The notes under the pieces were generated by a model. The model saw nothing but the letters and a program-made list of their open reading frames with translations. It ran no database searches and was not told the origin of the DNA. Source: Octopus sinensis (lineage: Eukaryota). Taken from it: DNA of 64,000 nt. Made by a program: the position numbers and the translations under genes. The stretch lies in contig NC_042999.1 in the NCBI RefSeq assembly GCF_006345805.1, positions 67,890,001-67,954,000 on the forward strand. Direction: 5' to 3'. Below, piece by piece: positions 1-14,780 of the stretch (position 1 is its first letter; each line of letters starts with the position of its first letter).

Positions 1-2586
1 AAGAAGCGACAACTTATTTTCGGATCTGGCAGCAGTTGTTATTGTGTTTGATATATAAAGTGTTGGAAATGATACCAGCTTGTCTATCTGGCTCTGTTGA
101 CGCTCCGTGCTTTATTAAAATTATTATTATTACTATAGGGAGTGTTAAAGAGACGGTGGGGGAAGATAGAGAGAGAGAGAGTAAAAGTTAGAGAGTGGGT
201 GTGAGAGAGAGGGAGAAGGAAAGAACGAAAGGGTTAGCGCTTCAGTGTTAATGTTTGTGTATGTATGAATGTGTGTGTGTGTGTGTGGCTGAATCTATTT
301 GTGTGTGACAGAGGAAGGAAGAATATGTATGTGAGAGGGAAAGAGTGCGCGTAAGCATAAGAGAAAGAGAGCGTGTGAAAGAAAGGGAGAGAGAATAGAT
401 GATTATAGAAACAGAAAGCGCGCGCGTGTTTGAGTGCGTATAGACGAGATAAAGATTATGTGTGTGTGCGTGTGTTGTGCTGTGTGTGTGTGTGTGTGCG
501 CGCATGTGTTGTGCTGTGTGTGTGTGAAAAAGGGAAAGGGAGAGAATATGCGTGAATTCAAGAAAGAGAAGTAGAGGAGACAAAGAAAGAGTAAGTGAGA
601 AAGAGAGAGGGGAGAAAGGGTGAGAGTTTATTTGTGAGAAAGAGATGAGTGAGACGGAGAAAGTGTAAGAGAGTGACTCAAAGGAATGGTGAAAATATGA
701 GAGAAAGATAGAGAGAGAGAGATAGTGAAACTAAGAAATGGTAAGAATATGAGAGAGAATCTAAAAAATAGGGAAGATGTATGAGAAAGTGAGAGCGCTT
801 AGAAGAAATGGTGAATGTATTTTGTGTAAAAGATAGACGTGTGTGTGTGTTAGAAAAAAATGTACAGATGTTTGAGAGAGGAACAGGAAGAAATGAAGAG
901 ACAGAAGATAAGTGAAAGTGCGTGTACATGTATGTATCTATATGTCTTGCCTATATGTGTGTGTGTGGGTTTGTGTGTGCTTATATGTATGTTTGTGAGT
1001 GTGTGTGTGTGTTGACACAAGAAGAGGGAGCGAGGGCGAAGTGTTTTGGTTAAGACAGAACACAAGGAAAGGGATTAAAGATGGAAGTAAGGTGAAACGC
1101 TTTATTTCTTTCTTAGTAATCCAGTGTAGTAGCAGTGTGTTTGTAGATTTAAGGATCAGATGGTAGCAGTAGTTTCGTTGTTTAATCCCAGGTCAGTACT
1201 GATCCAGGCACGACTGCACGGTTGTTGTGGATTAATCACGACATTATCCAATATGATGTGTGGAAGTTTTGGCTGCCATTTCTACGCCACAGCAGGGGTG
1301 TTTGTTACTGGCGGTGGTGGTGGTGGTGATCATGCTGTTATTCAACCCTAGGTTAGGCTTAATCAAGCAGATTTATGATCAAAAATGTTCAAGCAGTGAT
1401 CATTCAATCCAGTTTGTTTTACACCAGGAACAACATTTTACAATGTGTCCTTCTCTCAATACTATAGTAATGTGGGAATTGTCTGAGACTTGGTTGTTAT
1501 ATCTAGCATAGCGAACGGCACTTCAGCAGTCCCTTCAATATGTTTGTAATGATTGTAATTGATGTTATTGTTTAGCCCCAGATCTATCCTAATCAAGCAA
1601 ACTTATAATTAAAAGAATTCTAACCATGACCATCCCATCTTATTTTCTACGCTGAATGAACACTATAACCACGAAGAGAATGCTGTGTGTTCTCTAAGAC
1701 AGTAGAGTGTGTAATTTGAGAGAGATTTGGTTAGTATTTCTAGCAGACCAGGTGCACATGTAGAAGCTCCTGCGATGGCGCTGGTGACTGTGGTGGTGGT
1801 GGTAATATGCTGATGTTGATAGTGATAGTGGTTGTAGCGCTCTTGTCAATAGTGGTGTTGATGGTAATGGTGGTGGAAGTGGTTGCGATGATGCTGGCGA
1901 TGTTGTTGTCGGTGCTCAAGCCGTTAGTGCCAATAGTGATGGCAGTGGTGGCATTGGCGGTGGTGATTGGTGGGTCTTAGAGCAGTAGTTATAGCAACAC
2001 GACAGTTGTGACAAAAGTGGGGGTGGTAGAGGTGATGGTGGTGGATTGTTGGTATTAGTGATGGTGATGGTATTGGTGAAGATGATATAAATGAAGATAA
2101 AGTCGGTGATGTTGATTATACTGCTGGCGTAGCTGTTGTTGAGTTAACCCTGGCTGAATACGCTTACAATCAAATGCATTCAACTTACAAAACGTCACCC
2201 TTTTGCCATCATTGCGTGCTGTTGTTGCTATTTTAACAGCAGATGTTTGGCTGCTATTTCTAGCTGGTCTAGGATCTCTTGCTAGCTTGACAAATTACAT
2301 GTGTAAAATTCTCTTTGTTGTAACAATATACATATGTATATTTATATGTATGATAGTGGTGTTGATGGTAATGTTGATTTTGTTTAACACCAAGTCAGCC
2401 CTGTTTGAGCAAACATTTTTGGGAAAGATATTCCAGAAGTGACCACCTCGCCAATTATTTATTTATTTATTTATCTATATTGTATACCATATACACTTGT
2501 ATTTTATTTTATCTTATGTCATTCTAAGTAAGTCTATACACTGTATGTCCGTCGTTGCATTGTCCACGTCTGTCGCCCTGGTGGCA

Positions 2587-2637
<51 letters not shown>

Positions 2638-2855
2638 TTATTATTATTATTATTACTATTATTATTATCATTTGGTTTCCAAAATACGGTGTATCTAATA
2701 CAACATCATCAATCCGCTTTTTCTCTTTTTAAATAGTAGTTTATTATTTTGACAGCTATTTGGCTGTTATTTCTAGCAGGCCGAGCGAGCAGACCATGTA
2801 GAAGCTCTGTCGTTGGCGCGTCGCGCGCTCGAAAGCATGCGTATGTGTATGTGTC

Positions 2856-2896
<41 letters not shown>

Positions 2897-3248
2897 TACT
2901 GTTTATGATGATGGTGACAAAAACAGCATAGTAGCAGTGCTTATAGACAGAGAAAGACTGTGGCGTGCTGCTTGGAATGAACCATTACTGTTGTGGAGTG
3001 ACACAACTATAACACAACATTTAACTGGCTGGCTTTGCTTTTATTTCAGTAGTTGTAGGTTCAATACGAGAGATTATTATTTACAGGCGGATCAGTCGTC
3101 TCTTTCCAAACCCGTACCCCCTCCCACCACTCTTCTCCTCTCATTTCTTTACGTATATCATACACATGCACATGTATGTGTGAGTGTTTGTGTACACACA
3201 TGGATACATGCATGCATACATACGTACACACAATGCATACACACACAA

Positions 3249-3518
<270 letters not shown>

Positions 3519-3519
3519 G

Positions 3520-4261
3520 TATGCATGCATGCATACATGTACTTATATATAAGTATGTATGTGTATGTGCACATATTTACACATACATACCTATATATAA
3601 TATATGTATATATACCACACATATATGTGTGGGTATATATGTATGTATGTATGTATGTGTTTATATATATATGCGTATGGATGCATGCATAAATATATAA
3701 ATGCATACATCCATCTCTCTACATATGTCATAAATGCATATATATGTATATATGCATATATCTGTGTGACTGTGAGAGAGAGAGAGAGAATGTGTGCGTG
3801 CACATGTGTGTGTATGTGGGAGAGAGAAAAAGAGGAACAAGGAAAGTGAGCGTGTGCGTGCGTGTGTTCAGGTATTAAAATAAATATCTATACGTGACAT
3901 CATTCAAAGCTGATGTGGAAACATTCACTGAATGTCGAAAGAAAATAATCAGGATTAGGTAATATGGTGACAAACTCTATCCGAGACTTACTGACACCGT
4001 TCTTTACACACACACGCACACACACAAACGCACACACACACACACACATACACACACATGCACGCCATCGTTCACGTATATGTGCTTATATATATATACA
4101 CACACACACACATGTTAATATATATATGTATGTATATGTTTATATATATGTATGTATATATGTTTATATATAGATATATATGTATGTATATATGTTTATA
4201 AATACATATATGTATGTATGTTTATATATATATATATTATATATATATATGTATAAATGTT

Positions 4262-4319
<58 letters not shown>

Positions 4320-4516
4320 ATATACATATATATTTATGCATCATAATATTGTTTACTAATCTAGCCTAACCACTACATATATATAGACATACATGTTTAC
4401 ATATGCATATATGTTTATATATACATTTATGTATATGTATTTATTTATATATACAAATAATACATATATATATATGTATGCATATATATATATGCTTATA
4501 TCTATCTATCTATCTA

Positions 4517-4548
<32 letters not shown>

Positions 4549-4690
4549 CACACATATATATATACACACACACATATACATATACATGTGGGTGCACGCG
4601 CGCGCGTGTGTATGCATGTATGTACGTGTGTGTGTATGTATGTATGTATGTATGTATGTATGCATGTATGTATGCATGCATGTATGAATG
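3520..4690. repeat. Interrupted (TA)n/(CA)n/(TATG)n low-complexity tract
   Basis: Dinucleotide and tetranucleotide repeats. Confidence 0.9.
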
Positions 4691-6740
4691 AATATAGTTA
4701 AATCACATTCTGTAAGGAGTCTGTAATCCTTGATACATTATTCTTGAAAGAAGGACGAGTAAGTCATGCCTGGAATGCTTTTGATCATCATGATTCTCTG
4801 AACGATCGAAGCTAACCTGGGGCTAAGCCACAACACCAGGAACAACAAGTATAATTATATTTTTATGGTAGAAAAAAAACCAAACCCCGACCATCCTCTC
4901 ATAAAGAGAAAATCTACCTGGGCGGCTGCTCCACTAGAAATAGCAGCCGAGTCATCTTCCGCAGATAATACCCTAATGTTTTATTTTAAAGGAATTAACA
5001 TATTGGACACTATGGTAATGAATGTACAAAAAGATGCGATGGCCACGACTGGAACGCCCGTTTCTGTAAGTCTAACTTATAGGGCTTGATCACAGCTCAT
5101 CTGGTGTATTTTACGTGGTCGTTCGATTTGCTGACGACTGCAGCCAAATTTCCCTTATGTTACACCCGACTGTCTTGATAAAAGTAGGAATTCATTAGAT
5201 AATGTATTCCTAGTTATGCAATGCCCAGAAATAAGGACGATAGTGCTAATTGTGGTATTGTATGCCTTTCGCCGCCAACAACAACTACAACGTGCTGAAT
5301 AATAATTTAAAATAAAGAAGTTAATTATAATTTTATTTATTCATTTATTGGAACAATGACTTGGTAGTATGGAATCTGGAAGCGTGAAGCTGTGGCATAC
5401 ATGCCTCTGCCTACTCAAAGATTATCGGCATAATAAGCAGAACAACAAAACATTGTGGAAGAAACTCGCGGAAAGAGAAGGAGAGAGAGAGAGAGAGAGT
5501 GAGGTGGGGGAGCAATGAGGAGGTTTCGAAACGACAACCTCACATGTTTCGTGAATTGATAATGAGTTGTATAGACATCAGGTGAGAAGAGAGAGAGAGA
5601 AATGTGATGCAACGGCACTCATTCATTTCCTGGAGACATTAATTAACTCAGAACCGAAACGAAATAGTTTTAACAAAGAATCAATTATAACGGTTGTAAT
5701 TACAAGAAATATGACGGTTATTATTATTATGACTATTATCATTGTTATTATTCTTTTTCTTTTCTACTCAAGGCACTCTTATTTAGTTAGCCCCAGGTCA
5801 GCCCTGGACGAGCAAACCAATGTTCATAATTATTTCAACCGTGACCAGCCTGTCCGCTTTTTCTTTAATTCAACGTGTATTTTAAACTACATTGTCGTAT
5901 ACATACTTGCCTTTCAAAAACAAAGAAGCGTATGATTTAAGGGAGATTTTCAATTATTTCTAGCAGGTCGATGACCATCTGTGGTGGAAATTGATGAGGG
6001 CACGCGAAAGGATGGCGTTATCCTGCATGGGAAGTGGCGGTGTTTTATTGTGTCTTGTCCCAATTTCCCAACTTCAGCCTCTTGGACGTTGGGGTACACT
6101 TAATCCCAAATACCAGTTAATACATAACTGGTGACCGTGTCACGTCCTCTTGTTGATGTCATCGATAATAATTTTTAATCAGGCATAGAGGTTTACATAC
6201 AGATAGATTAATAGCATTCATAGCACACGCAGGCCATGTGTTTGAAAACTATTCATAGATCTCTTAATTAAAATCAAGACCGTTGGAGTTTCGTAGGCAC
6301 GGAAGCCCAGTTGTTGTTGTTAATGCTACTATTACTGCTGTTGTGACTCTTGATTTTCTTGTTTTGTTTTTTTACTTAGACAACCCCCTCCTATTAAAAT
6401 AGACTTATATTATTAAAATCATATCATGAGCAGGTATGCCTAGAACTACGTAAACGTGTGACTGCTGCATTTATTCTTAATGTGACGTTTCCATATTTCA
6501 GGTAGGGTGCGATCCGAGGGAGGTTTCGCTGCTCTGTTTAACAGGTTGAAGCTACACACGTAAAGGACACCCATTTTTATTAAAAAAAGGTATTGATAAT
6601 GTATGTATGATAATCCGGTGAATTTAGTTCCAGTTTGTTTTTTTTTACTGGTATCGAAACGTCCCTTCTATTTATCATTTACGGACAAAACCTGTCAAGT
6701 AGAACCCGAAAAATTCTGAACTCCATGTCCAGCCATCTTC

Positions 6741-6798
<58 letters not shown>

Positions 6799-7169
6799 GT
6801 TAGGACGGTGTGTCTCTGTATGTTGTTTAACCCCAGATCAGTCCCGATAGAAGAAATTTATAATCAAAAGCGTTCCATCTGTGACAGTCCTGTCTTGTTG
6901 TTGAAGTACATTGTTATGTCTTCCTCTTAAAAATAAAATGGTAGGGCGTGATTTGAAGGAGGGGGAGATTTGGACGCTATTTCTTGGAGGTCGAGCGACC
7001 CATATAGAAGAAGCGGTTCTTCATTCTTCGTTTGGTTTGCATGGTGTGGTGATGCAACGATAGAACTGGAGGTTGTTGTGACACGCATGCCTTTCCCGAT
7101 GTCATCAGTTATCCGGAAAGTGAAGCTTCAAACTAGAATCAATGACGATGATGATGATGGTGATGATGG

Positions 7170-7213
<44 letters not shown>

Positions 7214-8238
7214 GTAATGATGATGATGATGACCAGCTTTTATGACTAGGTAGTTTTTCAAGGCTTCATATGTAATCATGTGTACGCGGTGGGGGGAGCG
7301 GAGAGGAGTGGAGTAGGAGCAGGAGATAATAAGACGAAGAGAGGAAGGAAGGAAGGAAGGAAGGAAGGGAGAGAAAGAGAGAGACACAAACAGAGAAAGT
7401 ATGAGAAGGAGAGAGAGAGAGTGAGTGAGAAAAAGGGGGGGTGAATGGTGTGTTGTGTTGTGTTGTGACATTCATTCCTGTCCTATCCAACGCCGTTATG
7501 GAAAAAGAAAATAACACCCAACAGCGATAACATCATCGGCAATCACAACCACAGCAATAACAACAACAACAACAACGGCAATAATAATATTAATTGTAAT
7601 AAACGACTTACAATGAGAAGAACTTGAAGTGTAAATTATATTTTTTCCTTCTCCTCTTCTTCCGCCTCCTCCTCCTCTTCCTTCTTCTGCTTCGGTGCTG
7701 ACTTGGTATCTTTCCCCCAGGGGTAACAGATACTAAATATTGCCCATATAACCCCGACAGGGCTTCGTATACTGATGTTGTTATTTCCACACTTCTGCTC
7801 TTTCTCTCTCTCTCTCTCACCCTCACCCTTTCTCGCTATATCTTTCTTTCTTTCTCTCTCTCTCTCTCTTTTCTCTTTTCGCGCTTTTTTCTTCCCCCTT
7901 TGCTTTCACTTTCCTTTTCTATCTTGTCTTTTCCTTTCCTTTCCCGTCACCGCCGTCGTTCTTCTCTTCTCCCTAAATCATGCTATTTGCTCTCTTCATC
8001 GATGCCTTCTTCTTTTTTTTTTTTCCCGGGTGTACGACGAAAAGAAAGCAGCAAGAGAGGAGCGAACGGACGACTGGCAAGGGTCGGGGGAGTAGGAGGA
8101 AGGGCGGCAGATGAGGAGAGCGATGTTTGAAAGAGGGCGACGACACGAATCGGCTAACACAAAACACTACTCCTCCCCATCCTCATCCTCCTCCTTTTTC
8201 TTCTTCTCATCCTTGTACTCATCTTCGTCGTCGTCCTG

Positions 8239-8275
<37 letters not shown>

Positions 8276-8359
8276 CAAACTATAATGGTTTACCTTCTCC
8301 ACTCGCTGCATGCATGCACACGACGTGAACTTACGTATGCTTTGATCCATATATTCAAT

Positions 8360-9250
8360 ATGCATGTATGAATGTATGTATGTATGTTTATATGTATGTG
8401 TGTGTGTGGTGTGTGTGTGTGGTATGAATGAATGAATGCTTGCATCCATGTATGTATATCATGTATGCACGTATGTATGTATGTATGTATGTATGTACGT
8501 TCGTGTGTATTTACATAAGTAGCGCACATGTTTGAATGCATGTATATGAATGAGTGTACATATGGATGTGTATGAGTGTATATATATATATATATATATA
8601 ATATATATATATATATATACACATTCATATGTATATATACACACACATTCATATATATATATATATATACACACACACATTCATATATATATACACACAT
8701 TCATATATATATATATATACGCGCACGCACACATACATATACACACATGCATGTATGTAATTATTGATGCCTAGATATGTGCATGTATGCAGGCATATTT
8801 ACACATGTATTTAACCATACATACGCATGCTCACGTGCATTATTGCATACGCGTGCATATAAGCACGTATATCCTAAATGTACGCTTGTAAATAAATAAT
8901 GTATGCACATCTGCTTTAGAACACACACACACACACATTATATATGTGTGTGCGTGTGCGCGCGTGTATGTATATATATATGTATGTGTGTGTATGTATG
9001 TATGTGTGTGTGTATGTATGTATCTATGTATGTATGTGTGTGTGTATGTATGTATGTGTGTGTGTATGTGTGTGTGTATGTATGTATGTATGTATGTATT
9101 ATGTATGAATGTATGTATGAATGTATATATATGTATGCATGTGCGTGTATGTATGCATATGTATGTATGTATGTATGTATGTATCTATCTATCTATCCAT
9201 CTGTCTGTCTACAACACACACAACACACACACACATACATACATACATAT
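8360..9250. repeat. (TATG)n/(TA)n/(TG)n low-complexity tract
   Basis: Direct repeats. Confidence 0.92.
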
Positions 9251-9407
9251 ACAGGTGCCCCTACGCACACATAATCTATCCTCACCGCTGTTGCGTTTTG
9301 GGGAGAGAATGTTTTGGATTCCCACCCACCCATCCACCCGAAAATATGTTTGTAATTTTGACGGAAATGACAATGCATGCAACAACAAACATATTCTTCC
9401 TCTCCTG

Positions 9408-10085
9408 CCACCATCATTACCATCATCACCATCATCACCATCATCATCATCATCATCATCATCATTGCTATTCCATCTCTTTAATTATTTTCGTCATCAT
9501 CATTATCGTCATCACTACCTACCAAACATGAACCATTATTACTGTCATCACCATCAACACCAGCCCGCCACCGTCACTACCACTACATCCCCGCCTCCAT
9601 CACCACCACTACCACACCACCACCACCACCACACCACTACCACCACCACCACTACCACCACCATCACTACCATTACCACAGTTCCTCTACAGCTACTGCC
9701 ACCACCACAACCGCCACTACTAGCACCATCTCCACCACCAACCACCACAGCCACCACCAACCCCCACAGCCACTACCACCACCACCACCATCACCACCAC
9801 CACCACCACCACCACCACCACCACCGTCCCTACCAATGCTTTTGTTCTAGTCATCTCAAACACGTAACTCTCCCCCCACCTTTCAACCGCCACCTCAACC
9901 ACCACCATCACCACCACCACCACCACCACCACCACCACCACCACACCACCACCACCTCAAATCTCTTCGTGAATTCAGCAAATTCACAGAAGCCCCCTCC
10001 ACTTCTCCACCCCTCATTTCCTCTTATACACCCTTATGATCCTGTCTCCCCCGCCACCACCATACCACCACCACCACCACCACTC
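9408..10085. repeat. (CAT)n/(CAC)n trinucleotide tract; source of the spurious 382-aa ORF
   Basis: Degenerate trinucleotide repeats. Confidence 0.92.
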
Positions 10086-10149
10086 TCACACTAACTCATC
10101 AGATTTAAAGTCTGTTAAAACAAAACAAATGCAACTCATCTCAATAACG

Positions 10150-10193
<44 letters not shown>

Positions 10194-10923
10194 GTTTGTG
10201 TATGCATGCATGCATGCATGTATGCGTTTGTGCGTTTGTGTGTATGTGTCAGTGTGAGTATGGTTGGAAATAGCATGTCACAATATTAATAAATTTCTCA
10301 TTAATAATTAGTAAGGTAAGTGAAGTTATTAACTCTCAGTCAGATCGACCCTGATTTAATAAACCCTTCTGTTCGTGTTCTTTCTGTTCTGTTCTGGTCG
10401 TGACCATCTTTTGTCCAAACCAAAGAGCAAGCAAGGGCAGCCTTTTTCGAGAAGCGAGCCGCATGAGACCAGAGAGGTATTTGCATCATTATAGGCCCCT
10501 GAGCAAATCAATGCACACAGTCCTATTATATTTATTTATTGACAGCAAAACACCGCATTCATGGATCAGAATTGGGCCTCTAGGCTTGTGAGGCTCCAGG
10601 ACAAATGTCCCGTGTATCCAAGCTATAAGACGACACTGTATGAGATAAGACTCATCACCAGAGAGCCACACTACCAAAAAAAATTAAGGTAATTTTTCGT
10701 TAGACAAGCCGTTCAGAAATCTCCCGGACTGCAGGTTTTCCATGATGACAATAAGCAGAATATTCAAAAGCTCGTGATCCAGTATTTGTGTGCGTTTCTT
10801 TATTATTCTCGCTATAGCGAGAATAGGTTAAACGTCATTTCTGCCGGATTCCCTGTGAAAAAAGAAGACACATCCGATTCTGTCCATTAGTTTGCCTGCT
10901 ATAGTTACTCCTGAGCGGTTTAT

Positions 10924-11336
10924 GCGAGTTGGCAGAAACGTTAGCACGCCGGGCGGAATGCTTTGCAGTATTTCGTCTGCCGTTACGTTCTGAGTTCAAA
11001 TTCCGCCGAGGTCGACTTTGCCTTTCATCCTTTCGGGGTCGATTACATAAGTACCAGTTACGCACTGAGGGTCGATATAATCGACTTAATCCGTTTGTCT
11101 GTCCTTGTTTGCCCTCTCTGTGTTTAGCCCCTTGTGGGTAGTAAAGAAATAGGTATTTCGTCTGCCGCTACATTCTGAGTTCAAATTCCGCCGAGGTCAA
11201 CTTTGCCTTTCATCCTTTCAGGGTCGATTACATAAGTACCAGTTACGCACTGGGGGTCGATATAATCGACTTAAACCGTTTGTCTGTCCTTGTTTGTCCT
11301 CTCTGTGTTTAGCTCCTTGTGGGTAGTAAAGAAATA
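10924..11336 (+). mobile_element. SINE family B, head-to-tail dimer
   Basis: tRNA-like head (GGCAGAAACGTTAGCACGCC...GAGTTCAAATTCC), CCTTTCATCCTTTCGGGGTCGAT core, 185-bp period, possible TSD GGT(T/A)TATGC. Confidence 0.88.
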
Positions 11337-11821
11337 GGTATATGCTACTATTTATCTTATTGCTCGGGAGCCCAGGTGGAGGGTAAAGTTAAACAGAGGG
11401 GCCTAAGTCTGACAGGGTTAATGGTTTACTCGTGGTCGGTGTTCGTGGAAGTTGATGACTGCTGAAGAAACATCGGCAAGAATGGAATAACGAGATTGAG
11501 TACTTGCATATGGTTTGTGGGAAACGTTTCAGCAGTGACGTAGCTAAAGTCTGTGCTGTCCAAGGCAACCCTTGACGTTTAAGTATCCCTTCTGCGTTCC
11601 CAAGTTCATACAGGCGTTTACAGCAGACCCAAATACACTGCCCCAGTAAAAGCAATCATCGGGGTGGACGCCTTTTCATCCCCTCTCCTAACTACGATAA
11701 TGCGTATCTGCTATTTTTTGCAGGTCAATCAAGCGAGTAGATCAGTGCCCCACAACCTTTTTTTCACTCGCGGCATACTTATATTCTTTTTAGAATTCAG
11801 CGGCACACCTGAACTAAAGGT

Positions 11822-12020
11822 ATTCTTTTCTTTGTTTCAGTTTTGAATGCGGCCATGCTGGTGCACCGCCTTTAGTCGGACAAATCAACTCTAGAACTTA
11901 TTCTTTGTAAGCCTAGTACTTATTCTATCGTCTCTTTTGCCGAACCGCTAGGTTACAGGGAAGTAAACTCACCAGCATCGGTTGTAAAGCGATGATGGTG
12001 GGGGACAAATAAGACATACA
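11822..12020 (-). mobile_element. SINE family A, 3' half
   Basis: Matches the tail of the full copy at 54023-54425. Confidence 0.85.
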
Positions 12021-12035
12021 AATAAATTTATATAT

Positions 12036-12077
<42 letters not shown>

Positions 12078-12379
12078 ATATATATATATAGATGATATAT
12101 ATATATATATAGATATATATATATATATATATAATACATACATATATGATGTATATAGATATATATATATACATATATACACACACACATATATATACAC
12201 ACATATATATATACCTATATATATATATATAATATATATATGTATGTATATATATATATATATACACACCATATACTATATATATACACACATATACATA
12301 TATATATACACACACATATATATATACATATATATACACACACACACACACATACATACATACATATATATATATATAA

Positions 12380-12780
12380 TATAAATACAAACTAGGACAA
12401 GAACGCAAAACATTTAGAAGACGATACAAAAAATACGGACAGGACACTCGAAGCCTTCAATCTTCAATCAAGAACCGGATCATCCTCGCAATTTCGGCTG
12501 ATTAATCTTGAGATTGCTCCAATCTGGCCAGCCCCAAGGAAAAACTAAGCTAAGCGCATTAGGGTCTTTGGAAGAAATCTTCGAATGTATACAAAACAAG
12601 GACGGAAAAATGGACGATGTTACACGAATATGAATACAAAAATAATACGTAAAAACAATAATAATAATACATAAAAACAATAATAATAACAGGACATCAC
12701 AAACAGGCGTCTTTCGACTAGGACGAATTAAACTTAGCTGGCGTGTTAGGAATGTGCCTTGGGGCAGAGAAAAATTTGTT
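12380..12780 (-). mobile_element. Unclassified (TA)n-flanked element, possibly a Penelope-like terminal fragment
   Basis: Unique 400-bp insert between TA tracts; minus strand has GGCTG...CAGCC-GAAA stem but no canonical hammerhead core. Confidence 0.35.
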
Positions 12781-12807
12781 ATATACACACATACATATAT
12801 ACATCGC

Positions 12808-13000
12808 AGAAACAGGAAGAACGAGTGAGAGTTGGGGCGAAAGAGTACAACAGGAGTCGCCACCAATCCATGCCGAAGCCTCGTGGAGGTTTTAGGTGTT
12901 TTTGCTCAATAAACACACACAGCGCCCGGTCTGGGAATCGAAACCGCGATCCTCCGACCGCGAGTTCGCTGCCCTAACCACTAGGCCATTGCGCCTCCAC
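12808..13000 (-). mobile_element. SINE family C (tRNA-derived head plus body)
   Basis: Reverse complement of GTGGAGGCGCAATGGCCTAGTGGTTAGGGCAGCG...GGTTTCGATTCCC. Confidence 0.88.
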
Positions 13001-13975
13001 CATCACTCTAGATATGCCAGGGAATAGGTGTATGCTGTGCTGTAACTCTACGATTGACGATAACGAAAGCTTGTTTACATTACAATGCTCATAACACCCT
13101 CGATACTATATTAATGAAAACAATGAGTTATGAGCTAATTAAAAGTTAATTATTTTGATAAATAATGTTTGTTAATGAAGTTCGTTTATTTTTCAGTCGG
13201 TAATTTATATTTGTGTATTTATTTTTTTAGATAAATAGTTCTGGTTAGTACCTTCAAACACATTAGCCTCACGAATAAAAATAAGATAACATCTAAGTAA
13301 ATAGCTGAAAATATAAGGAGGCGTAATTAGGGATGGAAATGGCGGCGAGTTAGTTGGGGAATGGCGCTCCTTTATTTCTTAGCTCACAGAGAGGAATGGC
13401 TTAACGTGTCTATTCCGATCTTCATAATCTTAGCCCCAAGTACTTTAGTGTATTCCAAGTCCTTATATCATTTGCATCACTGAACCTAAATGCAGTTTGA
13501 TGGCTTCACTGACTTACACGTCAAAGAGGATTGTGAGCGGCCAGCGTGTGTGGTCTGTTGCATGGAAAGATCTTTTCGTATGAGAACCTGAAGCCAAAGA
13601 AACTACATGGCAGTCTTCGTTACGTTTACTATGCGTGTGATGCAAGAGTTTTGGAGGAAATTCGAAGACAGGTACGCCCTCTCAAAGATCAGTGATATTG
13701 ATTCTATGTCCCGCAAGCAATGCAGTCTACGTGTCCCAAGAAGATGCTTATCACTGAATAATATGTAGAAAAACTCCAATTTAACGGCGGAGGAGTTTAC
13801 CACGCCTAGGCCGTAAATACTCGTGCGAAACATGTTTTATGAGAGCAAAAGAACAAAGCTGTCAAAAGTATCTGTCTCTAACACCGGATACATGTCATTG
13901 TAGTGCATGATGGGAAGCAAGTTGTTGCAAAAATCAAAGCAGTGGCACATCTTCACATTAATAATTGGATGAGTC

Positions 13976-14377
13976 TGTAGTGACGCTATTTTTGGAAGTT
14001 TTCAGCGCGTATGCGCAGAGTTGGATTACTTCCGGTAGGCCACCGGAAGTTCCCTTATGCGCATGCGCAGAGAACTACAAACTGAAAGCGTTCCCGCTAA
14101 ATCTGTCTTCTTGAATCAGCAGCCCTACCGAATGGACGTGACCAACCTTCTCTCAGGGAAAACCCTACATATAGAGAAGCTCTCTTCTAAGCGGGAACGG
14201 AGACGGTGATTTTGGCTCACACAAGTGAACATTTGTGAACAGTCATGTGGACTTGGTTATCGGTTCGCCCTTAAGGAAAATATATGTCTGTATATTTTTG
14301 TATTTGCGAAACCCGGAAAAAATAAAGTATTATTCATTGCTATTGTAGACAGTCGGATTTTGGTTCTCCCTCCGACA
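13976..14377 (+). mobile_element. Candidate solo LTR
   Basis: TGT...ACA ends, promoter motifs in the 5' part, AATAAA at 14321; no matching TSD. Confidence 0.35.
14005..14082. promoter_or_regulatory. Cluster of NRF1-like, ETS/GABP-like and partial ZNF143-like motifs
   Basis: GCGTATGCGCA 14007, ACTTCCGGT 14028, ACCGGAAGT 14042, TGCGCATGCGCA 14058, ACTACAA 14074. Confidence 0.6.
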
Positions 14378-14429
14378 ATTGTATGTGACAAGATAAGACA
14401 GACACCCTTGAAGTGTTCCTGAGACCTTC

Positions 14430-14780
14430 ATCTTGTTACAAGTCTATTGCTATTTCTAATTGTGCTCAGTCGATCAGCTGATCTACTTTGCTCACCATGT
14501 TGTTGATGATCAACAGAAAGAGTACTTGTTTTGCATTCTGCTTGCAACAACAACCATAGACAGTGGCAAAAGATGGCAGGAGCAGCGACACAGATCAATG
14601 TAGACTCTGTAACGAGGATGTGGAATCTACAGAACATCTCTGGCTGAAATGTCCGGCCCTGATGGTGGAAACGCTATATCTGCCAACTAGGAGCTACAAT
14701 GGATGAGATGATTCGTCTCCCTTCCGCGGCTCTTGCGCTTGAGAGTTATCCTCAGGTGCTTGAGGTGACCAACAACAGCA
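14430..14780 (+). pseudogene. 3' end of an I-group (Ingi/Nimb-like) LINE ORF2 with CCHC knuckle
   Basis: Translates to TDQCRLCNEDVESTEHLWLKCPAL (about 14590-14662), then a short C-terminus and a (CAA)n-like tail. Confidence 0.7.

Noticed and set aside
5369-5500. Short ORF with faint MADF-like wording (LWH..KDYR..LWKKLA)
   Set aside because: Only about 43 codons, runs into a GA repeat, no splice context
8946-10094. 382-aa His/Thr/Pro-rich ORF
   Set aside because: Built entirely from TATG and CAC/CAT microsatellites that lack stop codons
10805-10826. 22-bp palindrome TATTCTCGCTATAGCGAGAATA
   Set aside because: Isolated, with no supporting context
12470-12545. Hammerhead on the minus strand (GGCUG...CAGCC-GAAA)
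   Set aside because: The CUGANGA box and stem III/cleavage triplet cannot be assigned
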